In this document: positions 11,144 through 23,719 of the stretch, in pieces
Numbering within the stretch: position 1 is the first letter of the stretch
Layout of the letters: each line of letters starts with the position of its first letter
Source: Nageia nagi
Taxonomy: Eukaryota; Plantae; Pinophyta
Direction: 5' to 3'
Assembly (NCBI GenBank): GCA_050084985.1
Contig: JBITNC010000002.1
Coordinates: 20,274,001 to 20,338,000 of the forward strand
DNA length: 64,000 nt
Translations under genes and position numbers: made by a program
The notes under the pieces: generated by a model
Database searches by the model: none
Told to the model about the DNA's origin: nothing
The model's input: the letters and a program-made list of their open reading frames with translations, nothing else

Positions 11144-14100
11144 TGTTGTACCCACACAACGCACCCCAACATACAAGATTTCGGGGACCCTATTTTTGCA
11201 AAGGCAATGAGGTGCATTGCCTTGAGATTGGCTTTCGACGATGGATAGATCATTCTAAAGAGTGCAAATATGATATCAGGGAGCGATTCAAGGAGATCTT
11301 GCAACAAAGACCCCAAAGATTATCAGAGTATCCAGTCACCAGTTTTGGAGCCATGGAGCCAAGATCTGAGAGACAGCATCAAAGCATGGATTTTTGAGTC
11401 CAGAATGCAGTCAATGCACATGGGGTTAGTTTTGCAGAATTTGAGCTCACAAATGCCAAAGGTGACAAAAAGGCGCTTCTTTGGAGGATTCAAGCACAAA
11501 GGTGCCCAGGTGACAAAAATGAGCGTTTTTGTCAATTTTGAGTCCGGGTGCAGTGAATATGGCTAAGATGACAAAAATAAGCATTTTGGTCAATTTTGAC
11601 TCCGAAAAGCCGAAAAGGGCAAGTATGATAGAAAATGTGTGTTTTTGTCAATTTTGAGCTTGGAAGTGATCAATAAGGTAAGAATGTGCATATTTGCATA
11701 GTTTAGACCCAGAAAGCTCGAAAATGGTCAAAAATGTAAAGTTGACCCCAGAATGCTCGAAAATGCTCAAAAAGTGCGTTTTTGGCTGGGAATGCACATA
11801 AATGTTTGGTTTTGACCGGAAATGTAAAGTTTGAGCTCTGAAGTGTCGAGAATGCCAAAAATGATTGTTTGAGATTAAGCTCGATTTTGACCGTAAATGC
11901 CGAAAATGACTAATTTTTAGAGCATGAGCTCGGAAATGCCGGGAATGATAGAAATTGCATAGTTTGCGCTCGAAAATGACGGAAAGTGTGGATTTGGTCA
12001 AGTTCAGGCTCGAAAATGACAAATATGGGTTCGAAATGCACAAGATGTACCCAAGAGCACAGTTTGAAGAATTTAGTGATATCATAGCCTAGGTTTTGAC
12101 ACATAGTTCCCAGGAATGGCAAAATATGAAAAATTTTCAAGAGACAAATGCAAATGATGTTGAAAATCAAGTCTAAGAGCGTCATTGGAGAGATAAGGTT
12201 ATTTCTAACACAATTAGGACTTAAAATTTTTTTATTTTGACCAAGTTTTAAGCCCTCCAAGCCTAGGCGCAGTTTTTCAAGCCAATGGAAATCCATTGAG
12301 GTGTATTTTGACACCTAGCTACTAAGGGAAAAATGAAATTATGTTTGATTGAATGTAAAATCCCATTCTAAGGTACTTTAGGTCTACAAATTTTTTATTT
12401 TGACCAATGGAAGTGCCCTAAAATCCTAGGCGCAAGTTTCCAACTGATTGGAAATCCATAAACTTGCATTTTGACACCTAACTTGAAGGAGAAAAATGGA
12501 TTTTGACCAAAAGACAAAACCAAAGGCATAGATTGATGGAAAAAGGGGTTTCAAGCACATTTAGGTCTTTAATTTTTCAAATTTGATCAAGTTTTGAGGC
12601 CCAAAATGTTAGGCGCATGTTTACAGCTGTATGGAAATCCAATGGAGTGATTTTTGGCGCCTAACTTGGAGGGATAAGTGCAAAACTCAACAAAAATCAG
12701 TCCTAAGGTGCTCATTGGGTCAAAAATGGCATTTTCAATTTTAAGCAAGTTTGATGGCTCAAATTCCTAGGTGCAGGTTTTCAAGTTTTTCCAAATCCAA
12801 TGGAGTGAAAAATGGCACCTAAGATGAAAAATTTGACAAATTTGGTCAAAAATCAAGTTTGAGGTGTCCTTTAAGTGCAATTTGGCATTTTGAACACATT
12901 TAGGTCTTGGAAAAATCAATTTTGAGCACTTTTAAGCACCCTAAAGGCAAGGCGCAGGTTTGCAAGGCTATGGAAATCCAATGGGATGAATTTTGGCACC
13001 TAGCATGAGGAAAAAAGATAAATTTTGTCCAAAAGCCATGTGTGAGCACTTCATTGCATGGAAAATGCCATTTAAAACACATTTAGGTCTACAAAAAAGT
13101 GATTTTGAGCTCATTTAATGCCTCTAGCAGCTACGCGCAGGTTTTCATCTCATTACAACTCCATAGAACTAAAAATCAGCACCTAAGATGAAGAGATAAG
13201 TGTAAATTCACTCAAAAATCAAGTTGGACCCCTTCATTGCATGGAGAAAGACATTCCAAGCACATTTAACCTTTCAAATTTTTAATTTTGAGCACATTTA
13301 AGACACCAAAAAGCTAGGCACAGTTTTTCCAATCTTTTCAAATCCATACAAGTGAAAACTAGCACCCTAACTTGAGGAGGAACATCAAATTTTGCTTAAA
13401 AATCAAAAATTTTGCCTTCATTGCATGTAAAATGGAATTCTAAGCAACTTTAAACTTGAGAATTTTCAGATTTGAGCAAGTTTAAGTGCCCAAAAATCTA
13501 GGAGGCATTTTTCATTCCTATGGACATTTTCACTTTTTTTACCAAAAAAATCCATAGACATGAAAAATCGAAAATTTTGCCAAAAACTTCAAATCTTTCC
13601 CAAAACCTCCTAAAAGCCCCAAAACCTCTTAAAATTTGCCAAGTACCTTATAATCCTATCCTCCATCCATCCATAAGCTCAAATCCACTTTTTAAAAATT
13701 TTCCAAATTTTTGACCCCCCTATCTTTTTCGAAAAATAGACCAAAAAATCCACTTTTTTGAAAAATTCTCTCAGAATCCTTTGAAAATTTGCCACAATGA
13801 TCACATCACGGGCAAATCCAAATTCAAAGAAGGAAGGAGCTCAAAAGAATGCCAAAAGGATTTAGAACAAGGATTTGAAGCTCCAATTTTTGCTAAAGTA
13901 ATGCAAAACGCCTTGAAATGCATCCCAGAGGGCATCAATTTTTGTAAGTATTTTATTTTTAGTATATTTTAGTGAGATGAAATTGTTCTCCCACTAAAAC
14001 GATATTGTAATCTCAATTTAGCATTCAAATTAGCATTTTAAAGCTTTTTAGGAATTAGAGCAACACCCTCAAATTTTGACCTAAAAAATCTATAAATAGA

Positions 14101-15038
14101 CCATAGGGGGTCACATTTTGAGGCAAAATGTTGTAGTCCAAGAAATTTCCATTTTTTTTCAAAATTGAAATTTGTTGTAATTGAAGAGCAAATTGATGTA
14201 CTTATGCAAAACTCTTTTACAAACAATACAAATGGGTACAAGTTGATTCAAAGTGTGTTTTCATCTATGGGAGTGGTGGATTGATCTTTTTAGAGCAATT
14301 TCTATAATTTGAACATTTTTGTACCTTCTCTTTGAAAACTCCCGAGTTTTTAGGAGAATTTGTTGTAAACTTTTCAAAAATGTTTGAATTGTCTTGAATT
14401 GTTGCTAATTTATCTCCTGCTTGTTAAATGCTTAGTATTCTAAATCAACTTTCTCTTAAGACATCTTCCGGGATCTTTTGTTCAAAACTATCCACCTCCA
14501 CTCACGTTTAGTCCACTTGGTTGCATCAGTCCTATTCACACAGTATCAATAATCAATTCCGCTTCTCGCTCATCTTTGGAATGATTGGACAATAGTCATT
14601 CATTTCAAATACTTGATTGAATGGAACAAGATTTCTTAACCGATCCAAGAGAAAGAACATTTAAACAATGCTGCATTGTGATTACCTCTTTGAAGTCTAG
14701 CCAGTATTCGACCTCATTCTCACTTTTTCTTTTCTTTATTTTACACTTCCTTTAAAACTTATGGCAACTTTTGAACTATTGTAAGATAACACACCTCAGT
14801 CCCTACAAAAAATGTGAGTTAATAGTTATTACCTCTACTACACCACTCAGTCGATTCCCAAACAAGATCTACAATTTTAAAGCTCGTATTAACGACACGA
14901 ACTTTCCGATAGAAACCTTGGGGTATCAGTCCTTACAAGAGGAGTTCAATAACATGTTGTCACCTACATGCTGGTTCGCTTTCTTATCTTGATCATATAG
15001 GCGATCACCAAGTAAGAGGAAAGGTTTCCTTCCCAACA
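11144..15038 (+). mobile_element. Giant solo LTR (3895 bp)
   Basis: TGTTG...CAACA termini. TSD CAGAC (11139-43) / CAGAA (15039-43). Cleanly splits a LINE RT. TATAAATAG at 14091. The 3' end is homologous to the PBS-adjacent LTR end at 61039. Confidence 0.85.
12230..13570. repeat. Diverged tandem array inside the LTR, about 8 units of ~183 bp
   Basis: CTAGGCGCA..GGAAATCCA..CACCTAA motif recurs near 12263, 12425, 12609, 12767, 12948, 13130, 13314 and 13498. Confidence 0.75.
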
Positions 15039-15483
15039 CAGAAAAGATTTAATGGTTAATCTCAATAAAACTAGTGTCATGACCTTCAATACATCAAAGG
15101 CCATTGCTGACCAAACTCAGATCACATACCGGGGTAAGGTTATTGAGATAGCCACCTCCTACATGTACCTGGGGTAATCTTCATTGGTCCTTGATTCTCG
15201 ATGAGAGTAGTGGCCCCACCTAGAGTTCTTCGAGGATATGCAATAGTTTCCTCCCTCGAGAGACACGATGTCCAACTCCACTTCCAAGACATCTCGTCAA
15301 AGCTCCAACTATTCCATGCTCTAGTCACCCCCACAATGCTTTATGGTGTCAAGGTTTGTGGCCCCAATTTGAGGAGCTTATATTGAACGACAATTGACAA
15401 TATCCTAGTTGGGACATTATCTCGCTCCATTCGAAGCAAGAGGACCATTCCATATCACATCATGTTGGTTGAGTTTGGCTAGC
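15039..15483 (+). mobile_element. Same LINE, right part, resuming after the 11144-15038 insertion
   Basis: LMVNLNKTSVMTFN...SYMYLGV and KLQLFHALVTPTMLYGVKV follow the YADD-equivalent motif in the expected order. Confidence 0.8.
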
Positions 15484-16490
15484 TATAATGATCCAAACTA
15501 GGATAAAGCATGAATTATTCTTCTCAATTTCATATTTATAAATTGTGCCCTAGTTCATTGCTTCAACTCAAGAAAACTTCCTACATGCACCACTCAAACG
15601 TGAATATTTCAGAACAAAAACAAGACTGAAAAATGCATCAAATACTCTATATACCAAGAAGAACAAGTATGAACCACAAATGAGCAAGTATGGCACCCTA
15701 TAAGAGGGGCAAGCCTCTAAGGGGCTGAAAGAAGTATATGAAAGTACTCAAAAATGTGTCCTTGGATCTCCAAGGCTAGATGAACCACTTGGAAGGCTGA
15801 AGAAGGATGCAAGATGCACCAAGATGCCTCCTAATAATAGATGCTACACTCCAAGACTCCTGAAAGCTCAATCTTGAAAGTTGAAGTATCAAGGATGCCC
15901 TAGATGAATCCTCCAATGAATAACTTAGGGGTTTTCATCCCTAAGCCCTTTGAAACCAAGGGGGTTTTTGTCCCCAAGGTCTCTCTTGTTTGTTTCATCC
16001 ACAAGAGGGAAGAAGCAACCGCTCCTTGAAGAAGAAGAAGATTTGAAGTGATCATTTTTCAATTGGGCGCCCCTTCCTTAAATACATGAAAATGCACAAC
16101 ATGATGACATGGTTGACTCCCTTGAGGATAAAAACATCATCATCATGGCTGACTTGCTCTCGAGCTCAATTTTCATCCAAAGGGGGTCATGTGACCACTC
16201 ATTTTGCATGTGCTTGACGAGATCTATCCAACATTGAAGTTCTTACATCATTTAGAGATCTTGAGAGTACAAGTTACACATCATTACATCAAAGGGCATG
16301 TGACAACACCAAAAATATCTCAAAAGGTATGTGACAATGCCAAAAATATTAAAAACATTCCTTAGTACTAAAATCACACCTAACAAAGAGAGAGGGGCAT
16401 CGCACTCTAAGTGACTTAAAAAAATATTACATTGCAACAAATGAGTGGCACCCTCAATTTTGGGTCGTTAAAATACCACCCCTCCTAAAA
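15484..16490 (-). mobile_element. 3' LTR (~990 bp, 15484-16472) with PPT of an old gypsy-type element; decayed internal/LTR sequence continues to ~17711
   Basis: The minus strand reads GCTTGGGGACAAGCAATTTTAGGAGGGGTGGTAT|TTTAACGACCC (eroded TGTAACGACCC) and ends GGATCATTATA (eroded ..TTACA). Confidence 0.6.
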
Positions 16491-17719
16491 TTGCTTGTCC
16501 CCAAGCAATGCCAACATCCATCTCTTTGTCACTGACAATTCAGGGTCCCAAATCAACCTTGGAGAAGGCCCATCATGTCAATGTTGTGTCATTGTAACTG
16601 CAAATCCAACATGCCAAAGCTAAAATTTCTTCCTCTTGACGGCAAGAGCAACCAATGGTGCAAAAGATGAAGGATAAATCTCCAAGGAACAATGTTGCGA
16701 TCATGAAAGATGAAAACCGTGCCCAAAATAGCCTCCAATGGCTTGCTGAAAATGGTTTACAAATCTTCCATGCATGCACTTCCCCTCTCACCAAGCTCCC
16801 ACTAAAGAATGATGCCAATGGAACTCCATGGATGACATGAACGAACAATGGTTGAAGGGGAGAAAGAAGAGTCTTCAAGATGAGAGTCACAATGCCCAAT
16901 GCATCATGATGACGTCCAAGGAGTAATGCGACAACAAAGAAGAGTGAAGGCTGCCTCCAAATGTTGGTCAGAAATAGTTTCCACTCTTTCCTTGCATCCA
17001 AATTTCCACTCACCAAGCTCTCACTGAATGTTGAAGCTGATGAATCTCCATGGATAATGGATTATTAACCAAGGACTGCAAAAGTAGAAATCAGCAAGTC
17101 CATGGTCGTGTATGCTCCCAAGAAGCCTCCCAACATTGGCTGATCCTGGATAAGTGCAAAAGCTAAGCTGGGATAGGCCTGATTTCTTTGGAATCAGGTC
17201 TGATTTTGCCCTAAATTTCTGATCTTTTCCCCTTTTGGAGCTGCATACTGAAAATGTTCAACAAGGGTAAGCCATCCTTCAAGAATGGGGCTGAAAAGAG
17301 AGTGAAAACCTGATAAAAATCATGGAATTTTATAAAAATTGGAGATGAAATAATGCAAATATGGATCATGATACTTCCTCATTCCAGAGTTTTGCTCCCC
17401 TATGTTTAGAGTATCAAAATTCCCAAGTCTCTCCCTTCCCAACATCTATCATAGTGCTATATACTGGGCTGAAAAGAGAAGGCAAATCTGATTTTGAATC
17501 AAAGCTGTCACAAAAATCAGCAAAGAAGCAATACCAAAGATGATCCAAGCACTCTTTCACTATTGGATTTTGTTTCCCAATGCTCATTTTCCTCATCTCC
17601 CAAGGTGGTATATTGGGGAAAGGTAGAACTCACAAACTCTTCAAAAGAGGAAAACCAAATGATCTTCAAACAAGGGCTGTTGCGACTAAGGAAGGTCACC
17701 CTTGGACATTAATATATTT

Positions 17720-18230
17720 TCTTTCTTTCTTGGGAACATGTTTGTACCAAAAATGAGAAAGGTGCCTTGGATCTGAGACGAGTAGATCTTATGAACCAGG
17801 CTCTTTTAGCTAAACAAGGTTGGAAGCTCTTGCAAAATACGAACATTGGATGGCTCAAAGTGTTGAAGGCAAAATACCTGAGAGGACAGAGGGATTTTTT
17901 GGACGACGAGGATCCAGTCCAAGGTTCTTGGAATGGCCTGAAACAAATAAAATGGATCTTAAAAAGGGCCAAAGATGGAAACTTGGAAAAGGAGAAACAT
18001 TGATTTTTGGAGAGATAGATGGCTGAAAGAGACACCTCTTATTGAAGAGCGAGCCTTTGCTCCCCTAGCACTGATAATGCTTTAGTATTTTGAAAGAAAA
18101 GTTTTTATATTTCCTATGCACTATAGGTGGCCAAATCAAATGGAAAGATCTTACTCTTCCTAATCTTGGTGAAATTGTTCTAAGAGCTTGGCAGAATTTA
18201 TCCTCTACCATCCACTCCTTCCTGAGGAGA
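17720..18230 (+). mobile_element. L1-type LINE ORF2 fragment (post-RT region)
   Basis: SWEHVCTKNEKGALDLRRVDLMNQALLAKQGWKLL..WLKVLKAKY is the plant L1 consensus W..VC.PK..GGLG.R....N.ALLAK..W. Confidence 0.85.
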
Positions 18231-18898
18231 AGGATAGCAGAAAATTCTCAGATTTAGGGTGCAAACAAAACATGTTCATTTGCAATTAATGCACTTATGT
18301 AACCGGACTAAATCAACTTGTGGAACCCTTGTTTTTACTATAATATAATAATAAAAAAAAAAACAGTAACAGCAACAAGATATTGTTTTATACTTTATAA
18401 CTTGCATTCTACAACAACATGCATGTTGAAAGACTCTGCATATGAGTAGAGGTTGCAAGCAAGCACCATAATTTTTCAGATTTTGTTGTGCTTTTAACGT
18501 CTACTATGATGCAATATGCACTACTATTAGCAATGCTGATTCTACTGACCTGGCAAACTTGCAGAGGGTTTGAAATTAAACTACCCTGTTTAACAAAGTA
18601 GCACAACCTTAATCTTGTTTGGTTTCTTTTTTGATGAAAAAAAATCCAAAACTAAATTTAGTTTTCTCTCCATCTTCACAATTGAAAAGAATATTAAAAA
18701 GAGGTACGAAACAATGGCAATGAAAACACACAGTTCTCATACAATTTCGACAAATAATAAAATATATTTACAACAAAAGTTGGTTATGACATCATTGGGA
18801 ATATTTTCATCGATTTCTTGTTATACGAAGAAAGTTATGACATATTTTTCATCTAATGAACTCCCCAATTTTCAAAACCATGCCACTCTCCATTGGGC

Positions 18899-19178
18899 AA
18901 AGACAGTTGTGGCATTGCTTGGTGCATACAAATTCAACATTTATTGATTAGAAGTCTAAATTAAGATTATTAATAGCTAAAAAGTGGTATTGAAAGTCAA
19001 GTTAGATTAGGCCTCATGAATAAATTGTCTAATCGTTGAAAGACAGTTGTGGCATTGCTTGGTGCATACAAATTCAACATATATTGATTAGAAGTCTAAA
19101 TTAAGATTATTAATAGCTAAAAAGTGGTATTGAATGTCAAGTTCGCTTAGGCCTCATGAATAACTTGTCTAGTTGTTG
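18899..19178. repeat. Recent tandem duplication, 2 x 140 bp
   Basis: AAAGACAGTTGTGGCATTGCTTGG at 18899 and 19039, with only a few mismatches over the unit. Confidence 0.95.
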
Positions 19179-19392
19179 GGCTACATTACAGATAATCGGT
19201 AATATTGTAACCTCAAACCAGAATAATATGACTGATAATTCTAGTCTCACAAAAGTTGCCATGTAGGTGATTGCATCCTAAGTGATTGAGATATTGACAC
19301 TTTGTGGCATTAGGATTCTGTGATTTGAAATATTTAAGACATGTCACAAACTCAAGACTATAAAATGCCAAATTCCTGATACATTTACTTAC

Positions 19393-19439
19393 TCACGCAA
19401 GATTGCATTATGAAAGTTGGAACCATCAGCCTCAGCATC
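19393..19439 (-). CDS. FIP2: FIP2-like exon: DAEADGSNFHNAILR(E)
   Basis: Translated by hand. TTTTGCAG| acceptor, |GTAAGT donor. 47 bp, phase 0 start, phase 2 end (GA|G). Matches FIP2 xADAEGSIFHNAxLRE. Confidence 0.92.
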
Positions 19440-19876
19440 CTGCAAAAGATAAGCGATTACAATTCTGTTTTTCTGACAAATGGCATTGTCAAATTGCAGT
19501 TTACAGGAAAAAATTTATAATATCCAAAGATGAAAAAAGTAGGTAAATAGGACTCAAAAATAAATCCAATTAGAAAACAAAAGAAATATAGAGGGACCTG
19601 AGCTCTGAAAAGGAACAAAATACTAAACAATGAAAATGCCAAACATAACCAATGACATACAGCGCAAGTGGGTAAACCCAAACCATAAGATCTAAAACCT
19701 CTTCAATTAAATTTATCCACATACAGAAGTAACAATAATAAAGAAAAAGGATAAACATAGTTGAAAACCTCCAACCAAATGGGGAATTACAAGTGTACAG
19801 CATGCATATGATACGATTGTAGAATTAATATCAAATTCTAAAGAATACAAATTTTCTTCTGAAGAGCAAAACTTAC

Positions 19877-19960
19877 TCGAAATTTGGCAGACTGAAGATT
19901 GGCTCGAGAAAAAAAAGCATTTTGAATATATGCATAGCTGAAATCAACACCTGACAAATC
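19877..19960 (-). CDS. FIP2: FIP2-like exon: DLSGVDFSYAYIQNAFFSRANLQSAKFR (pentapeptide repeats)
   Basis: Translated by hand (not in the ORF track). Polypyrimidine tract plus CTTAG| acceptor, |GTAAGT donor. 84 bp, phase 0/0. Collinear with FIP2. Confidence 0.93.
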
Positions 19961-20879
19961 CTAAGGAAAAGAAGAAAGAAAAAGTTAAAAGGTCATAAAT
20001 ATCTCATTTTTTTGCCTTCCTCTTCTAAAGAACATTGAGTAACGGATTCATAACTAAAAATTTTAGTCTACTCTATGTCGTAAAAATAATATGCAAATAT
20101 CAGATCAAGATACAACAAAACTAATTACTGAGACTAGTGATCAATCATGAGAGTGTACAAAAAAGAAAATCAAGGTGTAGATATGTATTCAAGTTAGAAG
20201 GATTTGAAAGAACCATGGGATTAGGGTTGTTTGAGTTTTGTGACCCTTTGTCCATTTTCTGCAATGACTTGGAGATTTTCGCCAGAAAAATATACAAATG
20301 AAAATGATTTCTCTTCTTTGTGCCTCTCACTGGAATTTTAGGAAAACCTGCCCTAAGCAATATTCATTCCATTTCACATGATCATTCAGAACCAATCATG
20401 TAAACATATCATTACTAGCACAAGATGTTTTTTACTGTCTTATAAGCCTTCTCTACAAGCTAAAGTTGTCTGTTCAGTTAAGTATCCTTGATCTATTTTT
20501 ATGAGAAGTGTTTGGTTCAAACAGTTAGGAATCTCATGGGCTTTCATGATTGCAATCATCCTCTGAATTAGTTTATGGTTCATTTCAGGCTAGCCAGGAA
20601 AGACAATATTGAATTGGTTTAATTCCCATCTTAGCAATACAATGATGGCATTGAAAATAAAGGGATGTCCACCTCTGAGTAAGGTTCGATAATGATGATT
20701 GAAAATACCAGGGCAATTCATAAAGAACATATCGAACTGTTGAACCTAAAGTGTTATAACAGGCACAAATTAATTAAAGAACAAAGAGAATGGAATACAA
20801 AGGAACATAAACCATTCAATATACAATAAGAATGATATCAACTAAAGAAGAAATTAATCAAAAATATTCATTCATATTT

Positions 20880-21880
20880 ATCATTGTAAGAAGATTACAG
20901 TTGACATATCTCCAACAGCTCCATCTTGTCTCCAGCTTCCAATAGATTGCTTGCAGACAGCATATGCCTTAATTCTTCTTAGGCAGCCAAAGTCTGGTCT
21001 CTTTTATTCTTTGTCACTTCTTCTTTTTTAATTGAAATGCTGTAATTTTGTCTTCTAGGGTTTTAAATTGGTCTGTAAACAATCCCTTCTGCACTTAGGT
21101 GATTTGGTTGGATGATATGAACAGCTGTACACTGATCATAAGTCGCATACATCCATAATCTTCTGCAAACAATTTCAGTCATTCCTCCTCTCTTCGTAGA
21201 TAATTTCTTCTCTTTTATTGATGCTCTTGGAGTATTTGAGGGAACTTTACACCTCTCCTATTTCTGGATGAATATATCATACATGTTTGAATCTTCACTT
21301 TAAGATTTGCTATGTCAGGACTCCAATGATAAGATTTGTCCAATCTTAGACAAAGCAATATAATTCATGTTCTGGTTTTGACTAGCCTTTCCCCGCAAAC
21401 TAGCTGATGCTTTTCTTCCTCTAAATTTGTCACATCACTTCCAGTTTTATTCAGCCTTGCAAGATATGGTTTCCTTCAATCTTGAGGTCTGTATTTACCT
21501 TCCATGCATGACCAGTTTTTCTTCTTTGACAGACCCTTTAGATAAGCATCCGTCAATGGTTTTCTTCATTCAAACAACTGAAAATCCTTAGACAAACTGC
21601 TCAATCACCTATGTATTTGGTCTGACGTAGGCACACTGACTAGTTCAAATGAACAATCATCCATAGTCTCATTCTTGTCTCTTAGCAACTTGAACTCCTT
21701 TTCAAATCACTTTCTTAACTCTTCCTAAGTATGTGTTTTGTCCATTGTCTTGCTCATGTATCAATCACTCTCACTCCCTAAAGAATAGCAGGAAATGCTC
21801 ATCACCAATATCTCTTCTCCAACTGGTTGTTCTTCATCCATAGGGTAATGCACGTGTTGCAATTATGTACTAGATATTGA
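20880..21880 (-). mobile_element. Possible highly decayed gag-like remnant
   Basis: Purine-rich, coding-like minus strand with no intact ORF. The family cannot be assigned. Confidence 0.25.
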
Positions 21881-22189
21881 CTCATGTTGTTAACTTGACA
21901 AGCTTTTCCTTCTTGCCTAATGAAAAGTTAATATCTTATTTGAGCCCCATTTATGCAATTTCATATGAGCCCTAGTTCGGTTCATTACAGGAATTGCATG
22001 TGATATATATTATTGTACTGGCTGAATCATAGCAGAGAGTTATAATAATGTTTGGGTGCCCACTTGACCTAGTTTAGGGAGCACAATGCAAGGTCTCCTT
22101 CCACATTGGGAATTCATATCTCAGTAGATATCTTTGAATATTGGGAGGTCACCCCCTCGAAATGGCAAACAACTTTAGAATCTACACTT

Positions 22190-22680
22190 CAGCATTCATC
22201 CAAAAAGAAAAGTAGCTTATTATAAAAATATCATTAATCCAAAACTTGAAGCTCCTTCCTATCCACATAAGATTATTAGTTTCAAAAAGAAACTTTTGGT
22301 CGCAAAATTAAGAACTAATTCACATGAACTACATAGTAAGACTAGTAGGTGGGCTATACCTAAAACACCTTGGGAAAAGCAAATTTGTAAGTTTTGCAAC
22401 TTAGATACCATACAGAATGAGACACATTTTCTCTTTTTTTGCCTACTCTACAAAGACATTAGACAAACCTACAAAAGTATTTGTAATTACATCTTGATCC
22501 ATGAATTCTTAAACCAAGATAACCAAAACAAGCTTGGTGATTTTATTATACAACTTCATTATATGAGAAGCAATCATTCAAATACTTAATTGGCATGTAT
22601 TTACTTTTAGACAAACTTTGATAGGTCCTACAAACCAATGGGGTATAAAAGGACATTAAAAGACTTATTTTATTGTGAAC
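22190..22680 (+). mobile_element. 3' fragment of a LINE (C-terminal CCHC zinc finger plus 3' UTR)
   Basis: AKLRTNSHEL...RW...ICKFCNLDTIQNETHFLFFCLLYKDIR (C-x2-C...E..H....C). Confidence 0.8.
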
Positions 22681-22789
22681 TTGTTTTACTCTATTATTAT
22701 AGATTTAGACTTTGTGTATGGTGTTTTGTTATCAACTGCTCTGTTATATAACTTGTGCTAGCATTAGTTGATGCTATTACGACATCAAG

Positions 22790-23120
22790 TGTGGAATTCC
22801 ATGTGATATCTATTATTGTACTAGCTGAATCGTAACAAAGGGGGTTTTGGTAATATCTGGGTGCCCACTTAACGTGATGGGGATTGGGGAATATAACATA
22901 GGGTCCCCTCCCATAATGAGGTCATCTCTCTATTCAGCCTTAGAGAAAGGGATATCTATGTGTACAAGCTCTCAATAGCCACATTACCACTACGCTTCAG
23001 TATCATCCATGATATTACCATAATGCGCCAACATCATTGTTGTAAGCCACTGCTAGGATTTGAACCTTGGTGGAAGTTGAGAAACCCCAGTGGCCCTACT
23101 AGTCAATCAAGAACCTATTG
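22790..23120 (-). mobile_element. Putative tRNA-derived SINE; a second partial body copy lies at ~21990-22130
   Basis: The minus strand has B-box GGTTCAAATCC (~23056-23066) in a tRNA-like head. Body motif GGAATT.CATGTGATAT.TATTATTGTACT.GCTGAATC..GGGTGCCCACTT occurs twice (~21990 and ~22793). Confidence 0.5.
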
Positions 23121-23645
23121 TAAAAAAAAAAGATCATGTTCTATTAGTTTTAAAAGAAATAAGACAACAAATTCCACACATCAAACACACAATGGAATAA
23201 ATATTTATATTAATCATAACATCAACATCTGTAAATCTTCATTTTCATACCAATGTGCATAATCACTCATAAATCAGCAATCACTCCAAACTATGCTCTC
23301 ACATCCTTGGCATCTAGGTACAGAACACCATACATGTGAATCTATAAAGAGGTTTTCATCATACTGGTATCATGGTTGATAATAACCACTCAAGAAAAAA
23401 TAGAATTCCTCATAATCACTCACCATACATTATTCTCATGGTATATGCAATTATAACAGCATAGAATAACGTCATAACAACACCTAGAAGCTCATCACAT
23501 GTAGATGTAAATGGCATCATGTGAGATGTCAATAACATATGCAACAGCTGTCTACCATGATCCTGAAGTTACTTCCGATAACCCTAACAGTGCATCTTAT
23601 GATAAGTGACTTCAACTAAGGATCTTGCAGCTATGCACAAATAGT

Positions 23646-23719
23646 TCATTTTCTATAAATCAACTTCAACATAGTCAGTTCATCATTTTCTATAAATCAA
23701 CTTCAACATAGTCAGTTCA
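23646..23719. repeat. Tandem repeat, 2 x 37 bp
   Basis: TCATTTTCTATAAATCAACTTCAACATAGTCAGTTCA occurs twice. Confidence 0.9.

Noticed and set aside
15484-17711. Complete small non-autonomous LTR element
   Set aside because: The two putative LTR starts differ, and no PBS or TSD was found.
22141-22160. GGGTGACCTCCC (minus strand) resembling the 5S rRNA/Cassandra box C
   Set aside because: Only ~12 nt match and the rest of the 5S internal control region is absent.
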